64,000 nt of DNA, from positions 73,718,001 through 73,782,000 of the forward strand of contig OX597825.1 in NCBI GenBank assembly GCA_951406725.2, in the 5' to 3' direction. The stretch is from Octopus vulgaris (lineage: Eukaryota). Position 1 is the stretch's first letter, and every line of letters begins with the position of its first letter. A program made the translations under genes and the position numbers. Of the stretch, positions 1-14,183 are shown in pieces. The notes beneath the pieces are model-generated. The model saw only the letters and a program-made list of their open reading frames with translations. It had not been told where the DNA came from and made no database searches.

Positions 1-34
<34 letters not shown>

Positions 35-462
35 TCTTTTTGTTTCTCTTCTACAGTCACAGATATTTCCTCAGATTGGCAAAAGGTTGTGAAGACGAGT
101 GGTAAAGGGTGTTGTCCCCAAGGGCGCGGGTTCGATATCCAGACTCGGCGTTGTGTTGAGTTCTTGATCAAACGTTTCATTTCATTTTGTTGCATTCCTA
201 TAACCAGGAATGCTGTGATTTCGGCCCCTTATATTCCATTTGGCTTCTTATATGCCAAGTAACCGGACCTCTTGAGTTCTAGGATTCGAGACGGTACCTT
301 CTGATACAAGGTTACAAATTTGCTGGATTGGGGTGGGATGTGATAGTGACGGGTGGATGGATGGATGGATGGATGATGGACGTGCAGGGAGAATCATTTA
401 GACTGGGCCCTAACGCAAAATTGGCATTCGATTTTAACGATTAAATCCCGTTGGAGGAATTT

Positions 463-634
463 TGGCTTCTAATTTTAGCACAAATTTTGAAGGAGCAGGG
501 TAGTCGACTCCAGCACTCCAGCACTCAATTGGTACTTAATTTATCGACCCCGAAAGGATGAAAGGCAGAGCCGACCTCGGCGGAATTTGAACTCAGAACG
601 CAGACCGTGCTAACGATCCTGCCAACTCGCCACC
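463..634 (-). mobile_element. SINE family A copy (degraded)
   Basis: Contains reverse complement of family-A core 'ggtacttaatttatcgaccccgaaaggatgaaaggca...cctcggcggaatttgaactcagaacg', seen in many copies across the window. Confidence 0.8.
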
Positions 635-1602
635 AAGGATTGGAGGAATATTAAAGTTGTCCTCTAGTGGAATTCGAACTTAGAACGTAAAGAAACACCA
701 CAGAATAAGCAAAAGGATGAAATCCAGTTAAGTGCATTCGGATTTTATCCCCCAAGAATTCACTTTATAGATTTTCCATTTGAAATAACTTATTTCCATT
801 CACGACATTTATTCCGCTTAAAATAGTTTGCTTACACTTCGCTTGGGAATCATCCATTCGTTCGTTTTCTCTTCAGAGGGTTAAGTGTGGGCGGCCACTG
901 GATTCAAACGATGCAACTGTACTTTCTAATTATTCGGTCTGTTCAGTTAGCGGATACATCATCAAAAGAGTCCAGTGCTTAATCTCCAGTAATTTATTCA
1001 TAGTTCGGTTCATTGACGAAACCTTTAGGGCGTTAGACAAATGAGTTGCTTTAATTACTGATGAGATTTTGGAGCTTGTTGTTGTGGTTGTTGTTGTTGG
1101 GTTTTCAGGTTCAATCCTTGCTGAGATCATATTTGCTTTTCACCCTTCCATGGAGGCGGTACAATATCAATCAATTACCGGCAATTGTTTCGTCTGTCTT
1201 TTCCTCTTGCCTGTCTTTAAGTATCGGTCTACATACTGCATCGTGAAATCATCATGGAGGATCACCTACAGACATTTCTTCTATCCCTGAAGACTGAGAT
1301 TTTAATCTTAGACATTGTAACACCTTCTCACCGAGCGTGCCACGCACACACACACACACACGCACACACATGCAGATAAATTGTGTGCGCCTCAGTGATG
1401 TGCGCATGTCACATTCTATACTTGTATAGAACCCCACTTTCGCGAGGGAAGTACAAATACACTCTGTTCGAAATTATTCCATTAGCGCAAGCGTGGCTGC
1501 GTGGTTAAAAGGACATACTTCTCAACCACATGGTCTTGGTTTGAGTCCCAATGTAACGCACCTTGGCTAAGTGTTTCTCCGGGGTGGGGGGGATCAAATT
1601 TT

Positions 1603-1758
1603 AGGAGTGGCTGTGTGATAAGTAGCTTGCTTACGAACCACATAGCTCCGGGTTCAGTTCCACTGTGTGGCACCTTGGGCAAGTGTCTTCTACCATAGCC
1701 TCGGGTTGACCAAAGCCTTATGAGTGGATTTGGTAGATGGAAACTGAAAGAAGCCCGT

Positions 1759-1840
<82 letters not shown>

Positions 1841-1960
1841 TGTATGTATGTGTGTTTGTTTGTGTGTCTGTGTTTGTCCTTCCAACATCGCTTGACAACC
1901 GATACTGGTGTGTTTATGTCCCCATAATTTAGCGGTTCGGCAAAACGCCGATAGAATAAA
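1603..1960 (+). mobile_element. SINE family B with internal (TA)n/(TATG)n microsatellite, 3' truncated
   Basis: tRNA-like head 'ggagtggctgtgtgataagtagcttgc...gggttcagttccac', body 'ggcaccttgggcaagtgtcttct...ggaaactgaaagaagcccg', microsatellite, then 3' arm 'tgtgtttgtcc...cggttcggcaaaa'. Confidence 0.85.
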
Positions 1961-2117
1961 AAGCAGTTCTACTTATATACACTATCTAAACCGTTGTATC
2001 TCCTGGATTTTCAGAATGGCGCTAAGGTTCTCCCTAAACCTCAACCGCGGTCATTCTTGTCTGTCATGCAATTGGCGGAGAACTTAATACCGAGATCTGT
2101 TCGATTCTTTGAAATCC

Positions 2118-2118
<1 letters not shown>

Positions 2119-2172
<54 letters not shown>

Positions 2173-2188
2173 CACCACCACCACCACC

Positions 2189-2235
<47 letters not shown>

Positions 2236-2248
2236 CACCACCACCACC

Positions 2249-2314
<66 letters not shown>

Positions 2315-2353
2315 GCTTCTGCTCCTGCTTCTGCTTCTGCTGCTGCTGCTGCT
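2119..2353. repeat. Compound trinucleotide microsatellite (CTA)n/(CCA)n/(CTG)n
   Basis: Directly visible; gives rise to the poly-T/poly-V/poly-S ORFs. Confidence 0.97.
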
Positions 2354-3723
2354 TCTGTCACTATTCCTTCCCTCCCCCCTCTCTCTCTTTCTCTCTCTCT
2401 CACCCACACACACACACACACACATGCACACACAAGAGTTTATTGTGAATTACTTGCAGACCCACCACGACGTACTCCCCCAAGTCCGTACCATGGCAGG
2501 TTTGACGGCATCGACAGTATTTCTAGTATCCTATATTTTTTTGCAAGAACAAGTAATACTCCTTTCTTTCCCGGAACAATACCAATATTCTCAAGAGTTT
2601 CTTGTTATAACGCAATACCTAGTTTCATAATTAGAATTCGAATTTTTTTCTTCCATTCACTTCACTTTTTTTTGCTATATTAAAAGTATAATTGTCTTTT
2701 TCTGATAATGATTTCGTCATTTTCTTTTCAATAATATTTTCCATTAAACAGTGGCTGTCTGATGACTACATGACTTATTCAATGATTTCAATATATACTT
2801 TTTTGTTTTCTTACAATTGTGATGTATTTCGATTGTTGCACAATTTCTGAAGCTTTAAATCTATACAAGAATGCAAAAGGACGTTGGTATAAAGCGGTTA
2901 ATGCCTCTAAAAAAACAAAAAAAACATGTATGTTTACTGTCAATAATTAGCTAACTGGCTTGATTTTTTTTTAAAGAAACAAACTCGCAGCATTCTACAG
3001 ATCTTAATGAGTAAATTGCGAAGAAAAAAAACTACAAACTAACAAGCAAAATAGATCAACTGCAACAGCAACAACAATATCAAAACTGAAAAAAAGAAAT
3101 TGCTTTTCATATTTCGTCTGTCATTTTCTATTCAGAGATTTATCAAAGATTTCAATGCGATGATGGTGGGAAGGGGGAGGTGATAGAATGTATTGTAACG
3201 CGAAATCTGTGTTAACTATCTCAACACGAAAATAAACAGGCGGACTGGCTCCCATTAACTAGTTCGATATACTAACAGGAATAGCTGGTGGTATTTTGTT
3301 TTGAAGTGAATTGCCAAGGAAGAAGACAGAGAGGAAGGAAGGAAGAAAGACAGAAAGGAAGGAAAAGGACAGGAAGAAAGAAAAAAGAAAGAAGAGAAGG
3401 AGAATGGACGGATAGCAATAAATTATCTCATTTGAATTCTTCCCACCGAAAAGAAAACAAACTAAACTGGTTTCTAACAAAGAAGCGAAGCTGCATTCCT
3501 GGACATTAATTGTTCTAGTTACTGGGGTATCACCTTGAAGGGTTTTTTTTTTAAAGGCTGGTACTTATTCTATCGCCTCTTGTGTCGACCCGCTAAGTTA
3601 CAGGCACGGAAACACCAACGCCGATAGTCGAATGGTGGGAGCAGCAAAAAAAAAAAAACCCAAAAAACACTCACATACACATACACATCAACGACTCTGC
3701 TAGCTCACCGTCAGTGACAGTGG

Positions 3724-4040
3724 AGGCACTTGGCCTAGTTGGTTAGAGCAGTGGACTCGCGGTCGAGGGATCGCGGGTTCGAATCTCAGACCGGGCGATG
3801 TGTGTGTTTATGAGCTAAACACATAAGCTCCACGCGGCTCCGGCAGAATGTAATTGCGAACTTCTGCTGACTCTTTCGCCACAACTTTCTCTCACTCTTT
3901 CCTCCTGCATCTTGCAGCTCACCTGCGACGGACCGTCGTCCCATCCAGGTGGGGAACCTATACGCCAAAGAAACCGGGAAACCGGCCCTTATGAGCCAGG
4001 CATGGCTCGAGAAGGAACAAACAAACAAACAAACAAACAA
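3724..4040 (+). mobile_element. tRNA-headed SINE (OR-like family) with (AAAC)n tail
   Basis: A-box 'tggcctagttgg', B-box 'ggttcgaatc', body 'actctttcgccacaactttctctcactct' shared with 8097-8343 and 16190-16450; ends in (aaac)n. Confidence 0.85.
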
Positions 4041-4094
4041 CCGTCAGTGACAACACTAATAAAGACTAATCCCCCTCTTCCCCTCGTCCTCCTC

Positions 4095-4280
4095 CTCATC
4101 ATTTGACATCCGTTTTCCATGTTGGCCTCGGTCGTACGGTTTGACAGGGGCTGGCAAGCCGGAGAGATGCAATGGGCTCCAATTGCCTGTTTTGACAAAC
4201 TTCCTACGGCTGGATGTCCTTCCTATCGACAACCACTTTACACAATGTACTGGGTACTTTTTATGTGGAACCAGCACAGG
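4095..4280 (-). mobile_element. RTE-tailed SINE fragment
   Basis: Reverse complement of 'ggaaggacatccagccgtag...ctgtcaaaccg...catggaaaacggatgtcaaatgatga'; homologous to 46910-47140 and 54885-55050. Confidence 0.7.
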
Positions 4281-4531
4281 GATGCAAATTACGAAGATAT
4301 TTCGGAAATTTAACACTTGCTCAAATATTTCATTAACGAAACGCAAATTAACTAATTAATTTGTTCTGTTCAGCATGAGCTTCTGAGTAACAATGTATAT
4401 TTTAAAAAGGAGTGTTTCACATTCTACGTATTCCACCGCATCTAAGAACTGAGTACGATATATTTCTTCATTTACCCCGTCTTATATATATATATATATA
4501 TATTATATTAAATTATTCCCTAATATTTATC

Positions 4532-4562
<31 letters not shown>

Positions 4563-4566
<4 letters not shown>

Positions 4567-4711
4567 GGAATTCACGAAAAAACCAAAAGACGAAGACATG
4601 TGGTGTAGAAAACAAACAGATGTATTAGTATAACGCTCAGGAATTGAAAAAGCTTTTTCACGTTTCGAGCCGACGCTCTTTCCCAGAAAGGAACAGAAAT
4701 TGAAACAAGAA
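4563..4711 (-). mobile_element. Penelope-like pseudo-LTR fragment (family F1) with degenerate hammerhead motif
   Basis: Minus strand 'tttCTGGGAAAgagcgtcggctcGAAACGTgaaa'; flanked by (TA)n on both sides; homologous to 32986-33177. Confidence 0.6.
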
Positions 4712-4754
4712 ATATATATATATATTGACAGCTATGCCGCTAAAGCTTTTTTTA

Positions 4755-4908
4755 TTATCTCTGTTTATTTTCTCGTGTTCCTTTCTGTTGAAGAACGTAA
4801 GCTTGAAATGTAAACGACATTTTCACCTTCCTCAGCGTTAAACTAATACCCTTGTTTGTTGTTCATACACCTATCTTCGTCTTTCTTTTTTTTTTTGTAA
4901 ATTCCAAC
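4755..4908 (+). mobile_element. Penelope-like pseudo-LTR fragment (family F1), degraded
   Basis: 'tttCTGTTGAAgaacgtaagcttGAAAtgt...agcgttaaactaatac...cttcgtcttt'; opposite orientation to 4563-4711. Confidence 0.55.
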
Positions 4909-4917
4909 TATATATAT

Positions 4918-5205
4918 GTGGCTTAGTGGTAAGAGTGCTGCACTCATGATCGCTAGACGATGGTTTCAATTCCTAGACCGGGTGGGACATTGTGTCCTTG
5001 TGCAAAACACTTCATCTTACGTTCAACTGCGATCACTTCGAAACTTGTCGCGTCGTACACAGTGAACCTGTTCAGACAACGTCGTTTTGATGGAGAGAGT
5101 GAGCTACTGTGCGGCACGAACATTTGATCACTATAAACAATGCATTTGTGCAGGTCGTTCGGTAAAAACTGAAGACGCTCATACGTCGCCTTCAATGGCA
5201 GAGTC
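4918..5205 (+). mobile_element. tRNA-headed SINE (family C head, alternative body)
   Basis: Head 'gtggcttagtggtaagagtgctgcactcatgatcg...ggtttcaattcc...ttgtgtccttg.gcaaaacacttcat' matches the 11074 copy; downstream body differs. Confidence 0.7.
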
Positions 5206-5230
5206 AATCACACACAGACAGACAGACACA

Positions 5231-5275
<45 letters not shown>

Positions 5276-5358
5276 CATATATAGCAAGATAGACATATAG
5301 CTATACATATGAATATATGCCTCTATACCTATACATACAAATATGTCTATATGTATAT

Positions 5359-5391
<33 letters not shown>

Positions 5392-5416
5392 CACTTGCTA
5401 TGCAAGTACATCTCCG

Positions 5417-5465
<49 letters not shown>

Positions 5466-6021
5466 CACACACATATATATATATATACATATATCCGTAT
5501 TTATATGGGTATGTTGCATCAATAAATAAATATGGAGAAAAAGACACAGCAAGGGAGACGGAGGGAAGCAGAAAAGGACAGGGAAAGAGTGAAAAACTGA
5601 GTGAGACAAAACATGCAGTAAGAGAGGGGGAACGAGAGCAGAGAGAGAGAGAGTGAGGGGGAGAAAAAAGGGATAGAGAGAAAGAAATGAGGAGAAGGAA
5701 AAGAAAGCTTCCTTATAGGTTTGTAGTCGCTTTTGCTAAACATATTTCCAACGTTGTTAATAGGTTTCTTCGTGCCATGCTGCCTTCTTGTGCGTCACAA
5801 AATCAAAGAATCAAAGATAAATATCCTAATAGGAGCAACAGATAATTTACAGTGCATTTGGCACCATATCAGAGAGTGTGTTGAGAGCCGAGGAGTGTAG
5901 AGGTTGCAGAGGAGAAGTGAAACTTCCTTTCAGATGAATACATATATATATATATATACAAATATACATTATACATTACATACGTATGCATACACACATG
6001 CACATATATAAATACCTACAT

Positions 6022-6070
<49 letters not shown>

Positions 6071-6659
6071 GTTTATACATATTTATACATTGGCATAAAT
6101 GCATACACTGCACACATACAATTTCACTGCTTTCAGCTATTGGAATGCGGCCATGCTGTGGCACCGTTTTTATGATCGAACATATCCATCTAAGTACACA
6201 TTTTATTCAGGTCGTTTTATCGATCGGTATTTGTCAAAACTCTAATTTACATGACACGAAGGGCACAGAAAAAACAACAAACAAACACAACATAAACCCA
6301 GGCACGGACACACATACTTACAAATGTACAGATATTTCTACAAAGATTCTGCCACAGAAAACAGAAAATAACCCAATACAACCGCTTGTTGGAAGGTTTA
6401 AGAATCTGATATAGGTTTATTTAATTGTAAATAGATATGTAAACAGTTTATATAGTTTACATAGACTGTTTAAAATTTCTATTGATGGGTCCTTGTATCT
6501 ATTGTACGAGTCCACGGATTGGAAAAAAACGAAATGGAACTTGTGTTAGTGATGTAGTGGTGTATATCATCGCATGTTATGCGTCAGACACTAGCAGCTT
6601 ATCGTTGAAATTTCCGTGGAAGAATTTGATGTATGTGTTGACAGGTCAAATGTATTTTG

Positions 6660-7400
6660 TATTATTTGAAATTAGTGTAGGTCACTGAGTAACGATGAAT
6701 TTCTCAGTGGAACATATGTCACAGCTCTTTCATCCGTTCTTAGTTGTATGTACTATATCTCACAGTGCCTATCTTATATTGGGCGTCAAACCCTTATTTC
6801 TAGTTTCCCAATATGCGTTGAAAGAGATTATGTAGCTTGTTATTCTCTTTAAGTGAACATTTTTCTGGAACAACTTGTGAACGCATTGTATACTCTTCAG
6901 AACAATATGTAAACAACGCGAAAAAGGCTTACAAAGCATCCCTTTAAAAGTTCCCTTCACTAGAATAACAGCTTTTCCAGTTATTACTACCTGCAAAATA
7001 CAAGCGTAATTTTGAATTATTATATTTGTAAAACGCGGCTTAGAGAAGTCAACCGGCCAGAGGCAAGCAGCGTCAGTTAAGTCACGGGTATTTATGAGCC
7101 TGCAATTTCTGTTTTGCTGAGAAACATCACATCTTTCGCTAATCGTGTTATATTTAAAAAAAATACACCGTGCAGTTGTGAACAATACACTGAAGTTTAC
7201 AAAAGGGCTCAGTTATTGGCTCACTGAATTTCGAATGACAAGAGTGACAAGAAGTGTTTGGTCTTTAAAATCTTGTGTCTCCTCTTAACGAGATGCTTCT
7301 TAAAGGAATTTCTAATGGATTATTTCAAATTTTGATAAAGAATTTCAGTCCATCGATGTTCTGACACTGTGTTGGCATATGTGAATTGCTTCACATAAAA
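6660..7400 (-). pseudogene. Decayed Penelope-like retroelement, C-terminal region and GIY-YIG endonuclease
   Basis: Minus-strand frames give 'KGTFKG', 'LSTHIGKL', 'NKGLTPNIR*' and 'KSCDICSTEKFI', in the order of the PLE endonuclease motifs (FKxR...LSxHIWxL...CxLCxxEKxxI); multiple stops and frameshifts. Confidence 0.55.
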
Positions 7401-7757
7401 CAGCCTTTCATAGTGTAGTGGCTGTTTGGATTGGAGTTTTGATTGACTGAGAAAATGTGAGCATTTTGTAGAGCACTGTTTCAGCAGCAATCCGTTCCAA
7501 TTTGTTGTAAGTAATAGAGAGTTAGTTTTTCTCTACTTCAGCGCGATCTCCTTCTGCGATGATCCCATGGAAAGCTTTTTGGCGCGCAGTGAATTGCTTG
7601 TCTGTACATTCTGAAGTATTCTTTCAATTAAGACAGACGTACGACAGAATGTATCAGATTTGTGCTTTGTAAAAGCTGCTTTTTTCCCATTCTTTCTTTC
7701 TTTCTTTCTTTCTATATACATATATACATATACATAAACATAGACACGCACACACAC

Positions 7758-7791
<34 letters not shown>

Positions 7792-7934
7792 GGACAAGCA
7801 TATATATATCAGCCGAAATTGCGAAGATGATCCGGTTCTTGACTGATGATTGAGGGCTTCGAATGTCCCGGCCTGGTTTTTTGTGTCGTCTTCTAAATGT
7901 TTCACGTTCTTGTACCAGTTTGTATATTTTTTTA

Positions 7935-8021
<87 letters not shown>

Positions 8022-8096
8022 TTCTATACATATACGTACACACACATTTTTTGTGGATAACGTCATAAAAATTTTAAACCTTTCGGCAGAACGTAA

Positions 8097-8343
8097 ATTT
8101 ATTCAGGATTCACCGTTTCCCAATGATGCCATCCCGCTGGCTAAGCGAGTAGGCCAACAGAAGAAAGAGTGAGAGAAAGTTGTGGCGAAAGAGTACAACA
8201 GGGATCGCCACCACCCCCTGCCGGAGCCTCGTGGAGCCTTTAGGTGTTTTTGCTCAATAAACACTCACAACGCCCGGTCTGGGAATCTAAACCGCAATCC
8301 TACGACTGCGAGTCCGCTGCCCTAACCACTGGGCCATTGCGCC
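8097..8343 (-). mobile_element. tRNA-headed SINE (OR-like family)
   Basis: Minus strand begins 'ggcgcaatggcccagtggttagggcagcggactcgc...gattccc'; central body shared with the 3724 copy, tail different. Confidence 0.85.
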
Positions 8344-8358
8344 TTAAACACATACACA

Positions 8359-8411
<53 letters not shown>

Positions 8412-8419
8412 ACAGTTTT

Positions 8420-8550
8420 GTTTTAATTTACGCCTACAAAATTCACACAAGGATTTGATTGGCCCAGGAATATAAATGAAGACAATTGCTCTAGCTTTCT
8501 CGCAGTGGGACTGAACCTGCAACCTTTCAATCACACGCAATTGCTCCTAT
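8420..8550 (-). mobile_element. SINE family B 5' part, degraded
   Basis: 'cacacaaggatttgattggccc...cgcagtgggactgaacc' is the reverse complement of the family-B head/body. Confidence 0.65.
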
Positions 8551-9250
8551 CATATGTGCATGTGTGTTTTTGTGTGCATGCGTGCATATGTGCGTATTTG
8601 TATGTATGTGTACCTAAGCACATTGACTCCACGTATTTAATTCTCATCAACCTACAAAATACGAAACATCAAAAAAGAAAAACACGTGTCATGAACTTAG
8701 TGTTTATCGTCTGCTCTGCTGTGTACTGTACTTTTACTTCACAGTAAAGAACATTTTGTTAATCGCCACCTTTAAACTGCCAATGGCGAGATGCCAGAAT
8801 GTTTGTTTAACTTCCGTTTGATTCACTTTGAAGAAATCAACAAATTCCTTATACATTCTATGACGATATATCTTTAGAGAAAATGAATTGGTCAACGTAA
8901 GAACGCGTTCGTAGAGCGTCGAGTTATTATTTTTCTAACCAAATACGTATAAATGCGGAAGACGAAATGCCATTCACAATGCCCATGAGCACAACGTGCA
9001 CATATACAAATACACACACACATGCACTCATACACAAAGAGAAAGAGAGAGAGAAACATAAATAAATATAGGTAAATTCACATACTCAAACACATATATA
9101 CATATATATCTGAAGGAGTGATATGCCGTAGAAACCAGTGAGTAACAAGTGACTGAACCAGCATAAGTAAACTGCATGCGTGTTATATAATTTCGATGTA
9201 TGTATGTATGTATGTATGTATGTATGTATGTATGTATGTATGTATGTATG

Positions 9251-9292
<42 letters not shown>

Positions 9293-9495
9293 AATAGGGC
9301 TATTTGATTCTCTGTCTGAAAAACTTCTTCTTATAGGAGATATATACTTTCTACTACATGTAGAAATTTGTAATACCTATTAGGAAATGAAACATGTGTA
9401 ATGGGTGAATAAATAATACCACAATTTTTCCAATCTCCTGATTTGATGTTATTACTCTGCAACGAATTTGCTTCAAGAGACAAAGCTTGGGTTTT

Positions 9496-9526
<31 letters not shown>

Positions 9527-10808
9527 TTCGTTTGTGCGTGTTTGCGTGTGTGTGTAAGAGTGTATAAATATATATATGTGCGTATAGTAAAACTACACTC
9601 GGTATTAGAGGAGAAATCTACATCAAATTGGCAACAAATTAACCGAAATTTCTACAAATCTTTCTGCAAACCCGTATATCGTCTGTTTTGCCGCAACGCT
9701 ATCTTATCTCTTAAGGTACACCAGCTATTGTTGTATATATTGTAATACACGTCTTAAATATTATTGCCATGCCGGTCACCGATGCTGGTATCATATCTCC
9801 TTCGTAATTATCAGAGAAAATACTGAAGACAACAGGATAAATATTGAAGAAAATATTTGCATATAAATTCTAACACACATATTGCATGAAAGCAATGGAA
9901 TGAAGATGGGATAAATAGATAGATAGTATAGATAGATCTATAGATCGATAAATAGAGAAATAATAGATCGATAGATAGAGAGGAAATAAGGAAGATTTTA
10001 TTCTGTATTTTCTTGCATACAAGTCGATGTGGTATGTAGCGTAAAAGTCCAAACATCGTCACTATCTGCTCAAATACTGCTGCATTTCTCAAGGAATTTT
10101 GGTTCTCCGAACTGTCTTGGAGTATAATCTGACCTACCTATCTTGAATGTAGATTTTAGTCTGAAAAGTTCGACTCGTAAGCTGCAAGATATTGTAAGTC
10201 GGGCAACGTGTAAACAGTTTACATTTTAGGCACTCTATGAATATCGCAGTAGCGATAAGTCATCGCATGGCACTGGTAATAAACAGAATATTCAGAAATA
10301 TGGTTAATTTCAGAAAGATAAATGATTTCTTATGCAAAGTTTAAGCAAAGCAACTTATTATTACCCATATGTAAAAATTACAGTGGATAAAGAAATTCAG
10401 ATAAAATCAATATTGTGGTTAGATTTTGTTGTGTCCAAATTATACGTCTACCTATAACTGTTATTTGGAAGACGCATTAAATGTGTATTTTGCAAATATT
10501 CTTATTGGTATTTTTCTGGTGATAATCTGTTTAGTAAATTTATTACTGAAGTTCTTATCGCCATTGTTTTAAATATATATATTTATACGAAAAAGAAAAA
10601 AATATACGTTTATGAAATATAGAGTGGATAAATTTTATTTTCTTCAGAAATTCAAGTCTGCTGTTGACGTTCTTCTTGTTTTTATATTATTTCTCTTGTT
10701 ATTCCATACTTCAAGAACTCTCATAAAGCTTTGTGCAGACCTAATATCGTCTGCTTTCGCTACACAGTTTTTTCTCTTAACATACACTCGGTATCGTAGT
10801 ATATATTA

Positions 10809-11042
10809 AGGTGGTGAGCTGGCAGAAACGTTAGCACGCCGGTCGAAATGCGTAGTCGTATTTCGTCTGCCGTTAAGTGTTCTGGGTTCAAATTCCGCCG
10901 AGGTCGACTTTGCCTTTCATCCTTTCGGGGTCGATAAATTAAATACCATTTACGCACTGGGGTCGATGTAATCGACTTAATCCCTTTGTCTGTCCTTGTT
11001 TGTCCCCTCTATGTTTAGCCCCTTGTGGGTAATAAAGAAATA
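10809..11042 (+). mobile_element. SINE family A, full length
   Basis: Complete from 'ggtggtgagctggcagaaacgttagc' through B-box 'gggttcaaattcc' to tail 'ccccttgtgggtaataaagaaata'. Confidence 0.92.
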
Positions 11043-11073
11043 TATATATTGTAGCTCATATAAATATTGTGAA

Positions 11074-11397
11074 GGCGCGTGGCTTAGTGGTTAAGGGAGC
11101 ATTCGGCTCATGATCGTAAGGTCGTGAGTTCAGTTCCCGGAGGGGCGTTGTGTCCTTCGGCAAGACACTTCATTCCACGATGCTCCAGTCCACTCAGCTG
11201 GCAAAAAATGAGTAGTACCTGTATTTCAAAGGGCCAGACTTGTCACACACTGTGTCACGCTGATTCTCCCCGAGAACTACGTTATGGGTACACGTGTTTG
11301 TGGAGTGCTCAGCCACTTACACGTTAATTTCACGAGCAAGCTGTTCCGTTGATCGCATCAGCTGGGACCCTCGTCGTCGCAACCGACGGAGGGCTCC
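11074..11397 (+). mobile_element. SINE family C, full length
   Basis: A-box 'tggcttagtgg', B-box-like 'gagttcagttcc'; 3' region 'gtacctgtatttcaa...cgtcgcaaccgacgga' also present at 16268-16450. Confidence 0.85.
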
Positions 11398-11920
11398 TTC
11401 TATATAAATACTATAGACATACAGGTCTCTGATGCTGATATTATCTATCTATTGAAATTAGCTAAATATGCATTCTTAAATTCAATCGTAAGGCCAGACA
11501 CAAAATAACGAAACGAAATGATAGGTGAATCTACTCTGGTACATACGCATTTACATACCACTTTAAACGTTATCCCTTATCATCTTTACGTGTACAATTT
11601 GTGGACATATATATCGAAAGTCACGTTGTATTCCTGCTTCAGTCGTTTGAATCACCGGCAACGTGAAACTCAGTATTATACATATTTTCTGGAAATAACC
11701 TAAATATAATTACCACTATATATACATCTTTACGTTATCTAAAAGACTTCGAAAAGAACATTGTTGTGAGCTTACACGCACGCTCGCACGCTCGCACGCA
11801 CACAAACACACACAGACACAGACACAGACGCACACACATATTTACCTGCTCTTTATTAGCGACGGAAACAGAATGGCCTTCTGTAAAGCTTACTTGATGC
11901 GTATACATACATACGTACAT

Positions 11921-11998
<78 letters not shown>

Positions 11999-12617
11999 TA
12001 CGTACATATATGTTTGTATGTATGCATATATTTTATTTATTACACTATATATATATATAAATAATTATTTGGACTTTGGGTATATGTCACAACGTTTCAT
12101 ATGTGAGGATCAGATGCAGGGTTGGTCGAATCGATCGTTGTGCTAAATAAAGATTCTTGCAAAATCTATTTACCGCTGCCCTCACTCATTATATATATAT
12201 ATATATATTTCCATTTGATATGATTAAACATTATAAGTTTTGGGATAATTTTCGGTTAAAGTTGGCGGTTTTTTATTGTAGCCAACGATTGGACTGCGTT
12301 TGCGCAGAAAAATTTGAAAAGTTAGTTCGTATAAACACGAGACAAGTACCGGTGCTTGTCTTCTGTTTTATATGTTTAACCCTAGGTTGGACCTCGCCGA
12401 AGAAGATCAGACCTTGCGAGTTCCCCCGACTTGCTAAAAGATGATCAGAAAGCAATTTGGTCCGGGGTACTAGATGGTAAATGTTTTTCATTTCCAAATT
12501 TATTCCTGTCGAATTTTATCCGTTATTTTTGTGGCTTATAGAACCTAGCTGTTCTTTCTAATGTGTTGAATTTCACGCTAAGTGAAATTCCTTATGTGTA
12601 TAAATATGCACTATATC

Positions 12618-12675
<58 letters not shown>

Positions 12676-13122
12676 ATACACACGGAAATATAGGACAATG
12701 AAAATAAGTGCTCAGCACCCACCGCATTGGGGATAAAATTTCTTCATTTGTACATTAAGGCTACCATTGGTTTCATGTTAAGAAAATATTTTTAACAACA
12801 AATTTTCAAGCCGATCACATGTATTAGAATGCTACAAAACTGCAGTATTCATGTTGGGAGAGATTCTTGTATAGATGTATAGTGGTAAGAAGCACTGCTC
12901 GAATTGCTCAGTCACGATTTCTGTTTCTTTGCACGTCATCGAAAGCAAGTATCTTCTATCAATTCGATGGTTTGACAAATTTAGCGTCTACAGATACATA
13001 AACAAACAATAATGAACAGATCTTTGGTGTCTGAAATAGCAGGCAGGCTGGGTAGTAAATCGTTATTGGAGGAGGTAATATTGATTCAGAATAGCTTTCT
13101 GTTAATTTTGCGTAATGTGGAT

Positions 13123-13187
<65 letters not shown>

Positions 13188-13747
13188 TAGATACAGATAT
13201 ATAGAGAGAGACAATGAGAGAGAGTTTGAAGTAATATATATATATATATATAAGTTACAGGAGAAATATTTCTCACATGCTAATTACAGTACAGAATTCT
13301 TTAAGAAGCTGACGAACGAGAGTTAAATATATAGATTCAATGGTAACCAGGTTGCTGAGTTGTAACTCTATTTCACAATGCATGATTCGTTTCCAAAGGT
13401 AGCTAGTTATAATATGTGTAAGGGCTGAATATATATAAGCAGGAACGAAAACGCTAAGAAGGAACAGATGATAATTCCTAAATTTCTCATTTTCCTACCT
13501 AAAACTGAATACATATTTTCAGATGCTGCAATGAGTTTTGTTGCTTTTCAAAATCGCAAGGATAGGTAACACACTCTAAATCGCTAAGTTAGTCATCAGT
13601 AAATGTTAAAACATGCGTATGCGCGCGCACACGCGCACACATGTGCTTCCTTACACACACATACAAGTATCACATGTATAAACAGTTACGAATAACAAGG
13701 ACCTCAAAGTTTCGGCTTGCTCACTTCGTCAGACTGTATGTATGCAC

Positions 13748-14183
<436 letters not shown>

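Noticed and set aside
1994-2683. 229-aa ORF with poly-Thr (mucin-like appearance)
   Set aside because: Open only because of a trinucleotide tract; the flanks translate CT/CA microsatellites; no domain or splice support.
8270-8343. tRNA gene (also 3724-3795 and 11074-11140)
   Set aside because: A/B boxes are present but there is no clean acceptor stem, and each runs into a SINE body, so these are SINE heads.
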